A stretch of DNA of 64,000 nucleotides from contig CM075987.1 in NCBI GenBank assembly GCA_038087875.1, positions 23,934,001 through 23,998,000 on the forward strand. The letters are read 5' to 3'. Source of the DNA: Malacoraja senta (lineage: Eukaryota). Below are positions 24,810-36,860 of this stretch, one piece after another. Below the pieces are notes generated by a model. That model saw only the letters and a list, made by a program, of their open reading frames with translations, did no database searches and was not told the DNA's origin. Numbering within the stretch: the first letter of the stretch is position 1; each line of letters begins with the position of its first letter. The translations under genes were made by a program, and so were the position numbers.

Positions 24810-25150
24810 AGTACTCCTCAAATGGTGGAGCATCTTGGACAAATCAGCTCACCCCCTCCATGATGCACTGGTCAACCTGAGGCAACAGACTGGCTCCACC
24901 AAGATGCAGGACAGAACGCCACAGGGAATCCTTCTTCCCTGTGGCTACCAAATTGTACAACTCCTCCCCCTTCTGTCGTGGGGTAGACTGACTCCCCCCC
25001 CACCCCACCCTCTCCCCAATCTTTGCACATCCCCAATCCTTTCCACTCGATACCAATTTCATGTAGCTTGCGTTTTTATGACTGTTGGCAGATCAATTTC
25101 CCTCCTGGGATGAATAAAGTTCTATCGTATCGTTTGGTATCGTATCGGTA
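24810..25150 (+). mobile_element. Rex1/Babar-type 3' fragment
   Basis: SILDKSAHPLHDAL peptide, AATAAA and (TATCG)n tail. Confidence 0.78.
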
Positions 25151-25382
25151 TCATAGCGTTATCATAGCATATTGCATCGTATAGTAATGCGCTTTACTTA
25201 AGTTAAATTAATTTTACTTTTTCTTTTAATAAATTTATCTTTTTAATTTTGCCAATCTCTTTAGCCATCTGAAGGATTAAAAAGCCATAGAATGAGGTGA
25301 ATTCCGGGTCCAGGACTCCGGATCCAACCGTTTGAAATAAGATGCTTCTCATCTTGAAAGGGTCTACATATCCTCCTTCATT

Positions 25383-25680
25383 AGGGTGGCACGGTGTCGC
25401 AGTGGAAGAGTTGCTGCCTTACAGCACCAGAGACCCTGGTTCGATCCTGATTCCGGTGGCTGTCTCGACGGAGTTTGTACATTCTCCCCGTGACCTTGTG
25501 GGTTTTCCCACAGTTGCTCCAGTTTCCTCCCACACTCAAGGTTTGTAGGCTAATTAGCTTCGGTAATATTGTAAATTGTCCCTAGCGTGGAGCAGAGTGC
25601 TAAGGTGCAGGGCGATCGCTGGTCGGCGTGGACTTGGCGGGCTGAAGGACCTGTTTCCACGTTGCATCTCTAAAGTCGAG
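25383..25680 (+). mobile_element. HE1-type V-SINE
   Basis: Head, V-domain and tail. Confidence 0.85.
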
Positions 25681-26008
25681 TCAAGAGTCAAATTAAGAGT
25701 CTTTTATTGTCACATGTCCTAGACAGGTGGTGTGTTTAGACAATGGGTTGGATGCAAGTCAACCTGGCTTAGGATCTCCCTTCTAAGTAGACAGGATATC
25801 ATGCAATCCACCAGTGACACATTAGTGGTGCTTTTTTAATGCATGTTATATTCCTCTCATCACTGATGAAACATTTCCAGTCAAGAAGGCACTTGTGTTT
25901 TATTCCATTGCCTTTCTATGTTCATTGTGGAAATGTTGTCATGGGTGGTGCCTGCAGAATGTATGTTCTTCCTGTGGACGTGCTTGTCCAGTCTACACAT
26001 GAATGAAT

Positions 26009-26785
26009 GACTGAATCATAATCATAATCATACTTTAGTAGCCAAATATGTTTTGCAACATACGAGGAATTTGTTTTGCCGTACAGTCATGCCATTAAAA
26101 AGCAACAGAACACACAAAATGCATTTTAACATGAACATCCCCCACAGTGACTCATCCACATTCCTCACTGTGATGGAAGGCGGAAAAAAAATTCAATCTC
26201 TTCCCTTCTTTGTTCTCTTGCGGTCAGGGGCCTCGAGCCTTCTGTCGACGGGACGATCTTGGCTCCCGTATCCGGCGGCGTTTGGGCCCTCCGCATCGGG
26301 GCAATCAGCTCCTGCATCGGGGGGATGTCAGCTCCCCGCACCGGGCGATCGACCCCGGGTCAGGGCTGGTCGAAGCTTCTGCGTCTTTGGTGCTTCCCGA
26401 CTTGGTCTCTACCCGAGACTGCGAGCTCCTCAATTATGAAATCCGCAGGCTGCGATTGGAGCGTCAATCCCAGGCAAGGGATCGACTCCGATGGTAAGTC
26501 CACGTCCCCGCGGTGGGGCTCAAAGTCAGTCCCGAGCAAGGCCTCCAGCTCCATGATGTTAGGCCGCAGAGCGATCGGAGATACGATCCGGAAAACAGTC
26601 GCATCTCCGGCAAGGTAAGAGATTGAAAAAAGTTTCCCCCGACCCCCACCCCCACATAAAACAAACCAGAGAACATTAACACATACTTTTAAAACACTCA
26701 AAAAAGAAAGAAAAATAGGCAAAAAGACAGACAGACTGTTGGCGAGGTTGCCATCGTGCGGCGCCCCCTGGTGGTATGGTGGTAA
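26009..26785 (-). mobile_element. CpG-rich non-autonomous retroposon, family X
   Basis: Collinear with 10406-11168; ATGAATGAAT on both flanks; (AATCAT)n tail. Confidence 0.82.
26761..26774 (-). promoter_or_regulatory. CTCF core motif CCACCAGGGGGCGC at the 5' tip of a family X copy
   Basis: Exact match to the vertebrate CTCF core consensus; binding is untested. Confidence 0.6.
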
Positions 26786-27269
26786 TGAATGAATACTTTA
26801 TTGTCACATGTGACAAGCCACAGTGAAATTCTTTACTTGCCTAGTCAAGGTATGCAAATATTCGCCCATAAATGGCAGCGACAAAGTTACGGAGTATCCG
26901 GGCCGGGTCCCCCTTTGTTCTCTGGAGTTGTTGCAACAATTACGGATGAACCATGAGTAGAATCTAAATGCTCACCCACGTTGTATTGCACTGGATAAGT
27001 CTGGCATTCTGTGATCTGTATTCGATCTGTTTAGATGCTAAATGACCTGCTGCTGTTCCTCCAGCAGCTTGTTTTTTTACTCTGCGTAGGAAGGAACTGC
27101 AGGTGCCAGAAGGGTCTCGACCCGAAACGTCACCCATTCCTGCTCTCCAGAGATGCTGCCTGTCCCGCTGAGTTACTCCAGCGTTTTTTAATTTGTTGGA
27201 CAGTGTTCTTCCAACAAAAGACTTGCCACTAATTTGACAAAACAACTAGGAATGAACAGCTGGGTTATC

Positions 27270-27700
27270 ACAAGTTCACATGTTACAGGAGTAGAATTAG
27301 ACCATTCGGCGAGAGTCTACTCTGCCATTCAATCATGGCTGATCTCTGCCTCCTAATCCCATTTTCCTGCCTTCTCCCCATAACCCTTGACACCCGTTCT
27401 AATCACGAATTCGTCTTTCTCTGCCTTAAAAATATCCACTGACTTGGCCTCCACAGCCCTCTGTGGCAATGAGTTCCACAGATTAACTACCCTCTGACTA
27501 AAGAAGTTCCTCCTCACCTCCTTTCTAAAAGAAGCACCCTTTAATTCTGAGGCTATGACCTCTGGTCCTGGACTCTCCCGCCATTCTTTCCACATCCACT
27601 CTATCTATGCCTTTCATTATTCTGTAAGTTTCAATGAGGTTCCCCCTCAACCTTCTAGACTCCAACGAGTACAGGCCCAGTGCAGTCAAACGCTCATCAT
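27270..27700 (-). mobile_element. CR1/HER1 3' fragment
   Basis: ORFs 27353-27595 and 27525-27713 give CR1 C-terminal peptides. Confidence 0.88.
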
Positions 27701-28240
27701 CATTGTCCTCCAAATGTTGGTTTGAAAATGAACTCCATTCATCTGACTTCTCCGCTTAGAACGTGGGATAGAGTTGGATAATGGTTAAGTCACTGGATTG
27801 GCATTCCAGGAGCCATAAGATAAGCTTACCCACTGTGGCATGACAGTTTCTAAATATCTATATTACTAAAAGTCTGATCTTGACCATTTCCTGTTGTTCT
27901 GTATATTGATTTTAGAAAAAATGCTGCCACTTACGGCTGTAATTTTTGGCCATCTTACTCAGAGTCCCCCTCCGCTGCGCAGGAGAAGAGGATTTTTCCC
28001 ATCGATGAAAATAAAAGAGTTATTAGTGTTTAAAAAATGTTCAGATTCTCTCTCCTGAAGGCCACGCCCCTTCTGGAGGGACTATAAAACCCGGAAGTGT
28101 TGAGTGCCTCAGTCAGTCTCTGCAAGATGGGGGAGCGAGAGTCTCTCAGTTTGAGCTGTGAATAACACTGAACACATGTCTACTAAACTGTGAGTGGTTT
28201 TACTGGCCTGTCAGTGCCCTTAATGTGGTTTGAAAATATA

Positions 28241-28520
28241 GTTTGGAAATGCTAAAGCTGTGTTGCCTTTGGTTTGGAAGTGCTAAAGCTGTGTTGCCTT
28301 TGGTTTGGAAATGCTAAAGCTGTATTGCCTAATTAAAGTTGCCTTGCCTAATTAAAGTTGCCTTGCCTAATTAAAGTTGCCTTGCCTAATTAAAGTTGCC
28401 TTGCCTGATTAAAGTTGCCTTGCCTAATTAAAGTTGCCTTGCCTGATTAAAGTTGCCTTGCCTGATTAAAGTTGCCTTGCCTAATTAAAGTTGCCTTGCA
28501 TAATTAAAGTTGTCTTGCCT
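28241..28520. repeat. Minisatellites inside the Helitron: 31-bp unit x3, then 19-bp TTGCCTAATTAAAGTTGCC x about 10
   Basis: Tandem units read directly. Confidence 0.92.
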
Positions 28521-28852
28521 TCTATATAATTAAAAGTCTAATCTTGACCACTTCCTATTTGCGCTTTATATTGATTTATATTAAAAATGCTACCACGTAT
28601 GGCTGTGATTTTTGGCCATCTTACTCAGAATCCCCCTCCGCTCATCAGGTGCCGAGGATTTTTCCCATCGATAAAAAATAAAAGAGTTAATAGTGTTTAA
28701 AAAATGTTGAGATTCTCTCTCCTGTCAATGACGCCATGAAGGCCACGCCCCTTCTGGGGTGAGGAGGGGGAGGGACTATAAATCCCAGAAGTGTGGGCAT
28801 GGCTCCGTCTCTGCAACTTGGAGGAGGGAGAGGTCATGACTCGCTGTCTTTA

Positions 28853-28975
28853 GTGGCCTTGCACCCTGCTTGAAATAGTATGAAACTGCACTTGAATTTG
28901 GTGGCCTTGCACCCTGCTTGAAGTGGTAAGAAACTGCACTTGAATTTGGTGGCCTTGCACCCTGCTTGAAATGGA
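28853..28975. repeat. About 48-bp tandem repeat x2.5 inside the Helitron
   Basis: GTGGCCTTGCACCCTGCTTGAA recurs three times. Confidence 0.9.
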
Positions 28976-29409
28976 ATTTCAAGGAATAGCCATGAGTCAA
29001 CTGCCAGCCCACCAGCCATTAGTGAGTGAGCTGCCAGCACAACAGGCTTGAGTGACAGCCGTCAGCCCAAGAATCCATTCTGCCCACATTGTCCATACTA
29101 GCCCTCTGGAAACCAGTCCCTTCAGCCCACAACACCCATACTAGTGCTCCAGAAAGCCCCCCACCCACCCACTGGCCACCAATATTGGAATAGGTGGAGA
29201 GGTGGAATATTGCGTTGGGGGACCAGCCTCCAGTGTGATGCTGGGACCCAACGGATCCCACTTACTCTAGTAAATATATATATTTTTAAAATTAGACATC
29301 TTAAATAAAATAACTCGGGGCCAAAATAAAGTTACCTTGATGCTTCAAAGTCCCAGATAATTTACAGAAAGAATTGTGTTTACTCCTCCTGGTCTGCACG
29401 CGATACATT

Positions 29410-29990
29410 TTGTTTAATGTCATGTGTACCGAGGTACAGTGAAAAGCATTTGTTGCGTGCTAACCAATCAGCAGAAAGACAACACATGATTACAATCAAG
29501 CCTTTTACAGTGTGTAGATATATCAAGTCAAGTCAAGTCACATTTATTTATATAGCACATTTAAAAAACAACTCTCGTTGGCCAAAGTGCTTTGCATTTG
29601 TTGTAAGAATAGCATAAACAAAACAAACTACATACATATATACATGTAGCCCTCACTCAGAGGACGTCAGGAAAGGCTTGGGAGTATAGATACGTTTTTA
29701 GTCTTGACTTAAAAGAGTCGATGGAGGGGGCAGTTCTGATGGGAAAGGGGATGCTGTTCCACATATGATATATGATAAGGGAATAACGTTTAGTACAAGG
29801 AAAGGCCAATAAAGTCTGATCAATGACTGTCCAAGGGTCACCAATGAGGTAGACAATAGTTCAGGACTGCTCTCTAGTTGTGGTAGGATATTTCAGTTGC
29901 CTGATAACAGCTGGGAAGAAACTGTCCCTGAATTTGGTGTGCATTTTCACACTTTTTTCCCTTTTGCCCGATGGGAGAGGGGGGGGGGGG
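29410..29990 (-). mobile_element. Rex1/Babar 3' fragment with a nested L2-like 3' end (about 29524-29763)
   Basis: L2-type TTTATTTATATAGCAC tail with (TCAAG)n; Rex sequence resumes after GATATAT. Confidence 0.75.
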
Positions 29991-30204
29991 GGGTGGAGGG
30001 GGGGGAAGAGATCGCACATCAATTAACTGCCCTCTGAAGCAAAGCCGCTCTATGATCTTTGCTCTGAAGTGGCCAGAGAAGGCAATCCGTTGGACTAATA
30101 CAATAGAGGCACAAGAGGCTGCAGATGCTGGGCTCTGAAGCAAAAAACATCTATTTCTCTGCCACCATAGAGGTAAGCAGCCCAGATCTCCACACAAACC
30201 AGCC

Positions 30205-30660
30205 TCTCTTCCATTGACTCCATTTACACCTCACGCTGCCTCGGCAAGGCCAGCAGCTTAAACAAGGACGAGTCGCACCCCGGCCACTCCCTCTTCTCCC
30301 CTCTCCCATCGGGCAAGAGGTATAGAAGTGTGAAAACACACACCTCCAGATTTAGGGACAGTTTCTTCCCAGCTGTTATCAGGCAACTAAATCATCCTAC
30401 CAACAACTAGAGAGCAATCCTGAGCTACGATCTACCTCATTGGAGACCCTTGGACTATATTTGATCGGACTTTACTGGACTTTATCTTGCACTAAACATT
30501 ATTCACGTTATTCCCTTCATCATGTGTCTGTACACTGTGGACGGCTCGATTGTAATCATATAATGTATTGTCTTTCTGCTGACTGGTTAGCACGCAACAA
30601 AAGCTTTTCACTGTACCTCGGTACACGTGACAATAAACTAAACTCAAACTCAAACTAAAC
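30205..30660 (+). mobile_element. Rex1/Babar 3' fragment
   Basis: Reverse complement of the 7393-7815 family. Confidence 0.82.
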
Positions 30661-30979
30661 ACTAAGTGACGTGCAGGCAAAATGCCAAGTACACTTTGAT
30701 AAAGGCAGCACAAGGAAGGACAGGGCCTGTTTCAGCTCCAGGTATAAATCAGAGTATTTGGCTGGAAACATTGATTTGTGTCGCTCTTTCTGTGGCCACT
30801 ATGGATGCTGAATTGGTTTTCTAATTTCGTCAGCATGTGCAAAATTATGATGTTGCTGGTTGGCAAATTAGTAACGATTTAGTAACCTGTTGTGCCTATG
30901 CATTGCAGGCATCTCAGAACTCCAGCTGTGCAGCAATATTGACAAAAGGCCAGCACTGTTGAGCCAGTGCTGGCCTTTG

Positions 30980-31410
30980 TTTAGTTTACAGATACAGCGT
31001 GGAAACAGGCCCTTCGGCCCACCGAGTCCACGCTGACCACCGATCACCCAGACATTAGGCTTAATGTCCTACGCATGAGGGGGGAATTGATTGGTACGGG
31101 TGTTAGGGGTTATGCGGAGAAGACAGGAGAATGGGGTTAGGAGGGGGAGATAGATCAGCCATGGTTGAATGGCGGAGTAGACTTGATGGGCCGAATGGCC
31201 TAATTCTGCTCCTATCACTTATGAACTTATGAACTTACAGAAGCCAATTAACCCACAAACCTACTGCCTTTGGAATGGGGGAGGAAACTGGAGCACCCGG
31301 AGAAATCCCACACGGTCACAGGGAAAACATACAAACTCCGCACAGATAGTACCCGTAGGGATCGAACCTGAGTCTCTGGCGCCGTGAGGCAGCTACTCTA
31401 CCGCTGCGCC
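30980..31410 (-). mobile_element. HE1-type SINE with a nested CR1 tail (+, about 31088-31235)
   Basis: SINE halves flank a CR1 3'UTR. Confidence 0.8.
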
Positions 31411-32290
31411 AGGGGAAGGGGGAAAGGACTGAAAGCTTCTCTAGGTTCACATTGAGGACACTCGAGTCAGCTCTTGGCCATCATGTCAACTTCAGATGAT
31501 GTCAACAGGATGGGATTCCAGTCCTGCAGTGGGCACCCGATGGGCTTTGTGGCAGCAGTCACGGTGTCTTCATCCTACAGTGATGAAGTGGCCAGCTTCC
31601 TTAGAACAGCTATTCTGGCAAGGGCTATTGGCTGTTGATGTACCAGCTTGCAGCCCACACATGAGCAAGGTCGATGCACCAATTCCAAGATCCCAGTGAA
31701 ATATTGTGCCCGGAACCCTTCCTCCAGAACTCTGACTCTGATTAATAGGAATTCCAATAGTTTTCAGATGTCTCTAATGATCAGATTCAGTCATAGAGTC
31801 ACAGAACCATACAGGCCCTTCGGCCCAACTTGCCCATGCCGACCAACATGCTGCATCTTGCTCTAAACGTTATTCATGTTATTCCCTTTATCATGTAGAC
31901 GGCTCGATTGTAATCATGTTTTGTCTTTCCGCTGACTGGTTAGCACGCAACAAAAGCTCTTCACTGTACCTCGGTACACGTGACAAGAAACTAATGACTA
32001 ATGACTAATCCTCACTAGCGATTTAAATCATTTAGTTTAGGAAGTAAAAATGATCACATTTGACTAAAAACGAATTAAAACACTAAAAAACTGTTTGAAA
32101 ACCCCATAAAAATAAAATAAAATCAGTCAGACGTTTAGGGGCATATGCCTTTTTTCCCCCATGGGATTGGAAAGCTTATTTGTGAATGGGGTTTTTGCCA
32201 GTCTCCCTGTCGATAAACTGAAGGCCAGACGCAAATATTTGGATCCCTGCTCCATCGAGTCGCTGTTCCATTGGCGAGGCCAGTGGCAGA

Positions 32291-32613
32291 TTAGAAACAT
32301 AGAAACATAGAAAATAGGTGCAGGAGTAGGCCATTCCGCCCTTCGAGCCATCACCGCCATTCAGTATGATCATGGTCGATCATCCAGAATCAGTGCCCTG
32401 TTCCTGCTTTCTCCCCATTTCCCTTAATTCCGTTACCCCTAAGAGATATATCCAACTCTCTCTAGAATACATCCAGTGAATTGGCCTCCACTGCCTTCTG
32501 TGGCAGAGAATTCCACAGATTCACAACTCTCTGGGTGAAAACGTTTTTCCTCATCTCAGTCCTAAATGGCCTACCACTTATGACCTGTGATCCCTGGTTC
32601 TGGACTCCCCCAA
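32291..32613 (-). mobile_element. CR1/HER1 3' fragment
   Basis: (TAGAAACA)n tail and conserved 3' region. Confidence 0.85.
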
Positions 32614-32779
32614 CTAAAGGGCATTGGACAATCACATAGGCCAGTGTTTTTTACCTTCAGTATGCCTTGGACCTCTGACCTTGCGTACATGGGGGTCAGC
32701 AACCTTCTGAGGCAAGAGTCACCGTCAGCTGGGGGTTTGCTCAGCAACTGAAGTTCAGCCCATATCTTTCAAAAATGTT

Positions 32780-32953
32780 TTCAAGGGAGAGTTAGATTTA
32801 GCTCTAGGAACTAACAAAATCAAGGGATATGGGAAAAAAGCAGGCATGATGTACTGATTTTGGATGATCAGCCATGATCATATTGAATGGCGGTGCAGGC
32901 TCGAAGGGCCGAATGGCCTACTCCTGCACCTATTTTCTATGTTACTATGTTTC
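32780..32953 (+). mobile_element. CR1/HER1 3' end
   Basis: GATCAGCCATGATCATATTGAATGGCGGTGCAGGCTCGAAGGGCCGAATGGCCT. Confidence 0.85.
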
Positions 32954-33180
32954 TGGTTTAACTTATAAATGTTAATGGCTTGTCCCGAAACAGCAAATAG
33001 TTTCCGCAGAACACCTGAGTCTTTTGATCCCAAGATCAACACTAGGTTTGGAGCGACTCAGCGGGTCAGGCAGCATCTCTGGAGAAAAAAGATGGGTGAT
33101 GTTTCAGGCCGGGACCCTTCTTTTGATCCCAGGTCATTTATAATGCCCAATGACAAAATAGTTCAACAATCATAATGTGA

Positions 33181-34069
33181 AGGGCCTGTCCCACTTAGGC
33201 GACATTTTAGGCGAGTGCAGGAGACTCTGCGCTCGCCTCATGATCGCCACATTGTCGCCACATGTTCGCTGGAGGTCTTTGGTGAGTCTCCTTCATGGTC
33301 GCGAGGAGTTCCCGCATTCTGAGAACTAGTCGCGGCCTCAGTATGGTTGCCGAAAAAGTTTGAACATGTTGAAAATTTTTCTGCGACCAAAAAATTGGTC
33401 GCCATGGAGAAAATCGATAATCCTGTAGTCGTAGGTGCAGTTGTAGTGGGGTCGCCATGTAGTTATGGGTAGTCGAGGTAGTCGAAGGTAAATTTAGTTA
33501 ATCGTCTTTGCTGACCGGGCATTTTCATTGGCTCACTAGGGGAAAAAAACGTAAGCACGAGTTTTCAGAACCAAGGATAACCAACCGGTAATATTAAATG
33601 CCCGCCGAACTTCACAGCTGTGTATCTCTGGCTTATTAAAATTTGTCTGGCTTCTTAAAAGTGTCTCCACTCCTTCTTCCCCCATTCTCCACCACTTCTC
33701 CCCCCTTCTCCCTACTTCTCCCCCCCCCCATCTTTTAAAGGACCATATGCTGTGCTAGCCATCTTAACCTTCCTGTTCATCGCGGTGTGTGTCTGTATCA
33801 CCTTGGCTTTGCACCGTGTGAATTTCAGGCAGCACTCCCCCGCTTTCCCTGGCCCCCGCCTTTGCTGTGTGTGTGTGCGTGTGTGCGTGTGTGCGTGTGT
33901 GCGTGTGTGCGTGTGTGCGAGTGCGCGTGAGTGCGTGCGCGTGTGCGCGTGTGCACGTGTGTGCGTGCGTGTTCCACTCTTGACACTCGCCGTTCCACTT
34001 CACGGTTTTTCAGCGAACTTGAGAGTCACCGGCAGTCCGCTGAAAAATCGTCCAAGTGGGACAGGCCCT
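33181..34069. mobile_element. PIF/Harbinger-like non-autonomous DNA transposon (MITE A, 889 bp)
   Basis: TIR AGGGCCTGTCCCACTT..AAGTGGGACAGGCCCT, flanks TGA/TCA, CpG-rich, no transposase ORF. Confidence 0.8.
33866..33972. repeat. (GT/GC)n alternating purine-pyrimidine tract
   Basis: About 105 bp of GTGTGC-type units. Confidence 0.95.
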
Positions 34070-36611
34070 TCATTAACGATTGAAAACAGAAATCAACAAA
34101 ACCTTCTATATTATTCATAACTAATACAGATCATTGTGCAACATTAAAACAGGTTTAGGTATAATATTGTCACCTGCACCCAGGTACAGTGCAAAGCGTT
34201 GTTTTTGTGCTGTCCAATTAAATTAGATAATAGTGTCTGAAGAAGGGACTCGCCCTAAACGAGAATTCCTTCTCTCCAGAGATGCTGCCTGTCCTGCTGA
34301 ATTACCCCAGCGTTTTGTGTCTATCTTGGACAATACTATACATGAGCACAATCAAACCAAACTCAAGTACAATAGGGAGAGACTAGGGAAAGATACAGAG
34401 TGCAGAATACTGTTCTCAGCATTGTAACGTAATCGTTCCAGAGAAAAAGTCCAATGTCCACAGTGAGGTCCAATGTCCATGAAATAAAGGCAAACACTGG
34501 CCACTAAAAGGTTAAGTGCAATTTGGAAATGTAGCAATAATACAAATATGTTACCTCTGCTGAGACGGATAATCAGCTCGGCGTTCCGCTCGATGGAAAA
34601 CTTCAGCTTGTTTCTCTTTTGTCGGGTCTAACAATTGTGGCAAAAACAGATTCCGAAGCTTGGGTCAACGTCCAATCTGTTTCTACTTTCTCTTGAGCTA
34701 AGGCAGGGACACTGGTTACGTAGAATGTGTCGTTTTGCAGTGTAATCTGCAAAGAAGCCCGTGTAGCACTGCGGAAGAGGCAGGGCAGGATCATTCATTC
34801 CAGTTCATTTTCTCCCATCACAAAGAACCAGCTGATATTCTCCCTCCCTGGTAAGCTCAGGACTTCTGCCAATGTCTGTTCTTTGCCCGTCTCGCTAAAA
34901 CAGGAAGGCATTTGCGGAAGCTTTCAGCACAACCTATTCCAAACGTTGTCAATTGTTTTCTTCAGAGTTTCCATCTTTCCATTCTCTTTTGTATCCGGGA
35001 AATACGCTACGAAACATGTCCATTCTACAACGTGGAATGCTGTGGATCCTGAGGGAATTGCGTTTTCTTCAATGCCGCAGTTTTGTTGATCTGATCAAAA
35101 TATTTGTACCCCCCCCCTCCCCCCCGTCCCCCGCAATAAAGAAAAAAAAATCCAATGATCAAATGTATCCGCCAGAGTTGCGATGGGAGCAAGTTGTGCG
35201 TGAAGCTGTTTTTCTTTCAAATAAAGAGCTTCCATCCCCCTTTAAAGTTCGTGCAATGAGCCAACATTTTTCCCACACAACAGCTAATGAACCTCAGCAT
35301 GGCAAAGCAGATGTATGCGATCACTGTCCATTTATGTCAAAAACTCAAAATCATTTCACATTCTTGGCATTTTTTGTTTGATTTTAATTCACACTGTTGA
35401 CAAGAGCTTTCCGAGTTTTCCTTAAGGTCAGATCCAATGCATTTTGCCAGGAATGCCACCCCCTGTACAAAGCATTGGTACTTTCAAAAGGGGTTTCTCA
35501 TCAACTGCAAGTCTCTCGAGTGATCCCACCAGTTGTAACTAAGACCAGTTCAAACTCACTCACAGTCTGCTCAGCTCAGCTCAGCTCAGTTCAGTTTATT
35601 GTCACATGTACTGAGGTACAGTGAAAGCTTTTGTTGCGTGCTGTCCGGTCAGCGGAAAGACAATACGTGATTACAATCAAACCATTTACAGTGTATAGAT
35701 GGGAATCGAGATTAGTTCAGTTTAGTTTATTGTCACGTGCACTGAGGTACAACAAAAAGCATTTTGTTGCGTGCTAACCAGTCAGCGGAAAGACAATACA
35801 TGATTACAATCAATCCATTTACAGTGTATAGATATGTGATAAGGGAATAACGTTTAGTGCGAGGTAAAGCCAGCAAAGTCTGGTCAAGGATAGTCTGAGA
35901 TTTAAGGGTGTGGAGCGATTGCAATATGTGATTGTGGATCTGCTTCAGTGGCTAGCATGCAAATAGTTGCCTGGGTTGGACACCATCTTGGACCCAGGTC
36001 ACAGCTGCAAGTAATTATCAAGCAGGACAATTATACCGTCAGCTAAAGTGGTGGACGGACCTCGACCAGAAAGGTAACGGCAAAACACACATTCCCATGC
36101 ATGTTATACAATGAATCAGCCAGATAATGGAATTGGACACGTCTAATTGTAAAGCCAAATATTGCTTACTAAGGGACTTGCGGATGTGTGCCGTTATCTT
36201 TTTTTTTGTGATGCTGTATTTTATTTTCTGTATTAGACCATTGTAGAAGGAATTTTGTCTCTGCCAATTCTTCCCATTAACTTAATGAACTCATCAGTAT
36301 GTGGAGATGAAGGCTGTGAAGGCCAAGTCAATGGAAAGATAGATATGCCATGATTGATTGGTGGACTAGATCTGATGGGCTGAATGGCCTAATTTTGCTC
36401 CTGTCACTTATGAATTTATGACCTTGTGAAATGATCTTTGCTGGCATGGTGTGAGGTTTATAGGTGCAGTGCTCAGTAAGGTCAGACACAAACATTTCCT
36501 GCTCCTGGTCAGTTGAATCATTGAAGCAGAACGGACTGAGAGAGAACCATCCCTTCTTGAATACAGCAACTTTGTCAGTCTGGTCAAAATGTTTGTATCT
36601 TCATCCCTCTA

Positions 36612-36860
36612 TAGGAATTTTATAGGTAACTTTTTCACGCAAAGGGCGGTGGGTGTATGGAACGAGCTGCCAGAGGAGGTAGTTGGGGCAGGGACTATCG
36701 CAACATTTAAGAAGCATTTAGGTACATGGATAGGACGGACTTAGAGGGATATGGGCCAAACGCAGGCAAGTGGGACTGGTGTAGCTGGGACATGTTGGTC
36801 GGTGTGGGCAAGTTGAGCCTAAGGGCCTGTTTCCGCACTGTATGACTCTATGGCTCCATA
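36612..36860 (+). mobile_element. CR1/HER1 3' fragment
   Basis: NFFTQRAVGVWNELPEEVV peptide; uninterrupted GGGACATGTTGGTCGG site. Confidence 0.85.

Larger units (their letters stand above)
27857..29270 (+). mobile_element. Non-autonomous Helitron with duplicated 5' module and internal minisatellites
   Basis: A|TCTATAT.. 5' end, subterminal hairpin TGGGACCC-AAC-GGATCCCA (29242-29260), CTAG|T 3' end; second TCTATAT 5' end at 28521. Confidence 0.88.

Noticed and set aside
26595..26622. U1 snRNA-like CTTACCTTGCCGGAGAT on the minus strand of family X
   Set aside because: Short match, internal rather than terminal, and absent in the 630-1470 copy
28325..28520. Regular short repeats resembling a CRISPR array
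   Set aside because: Head-to-tail units with no unique spacers, in a eukaryotic Helitron
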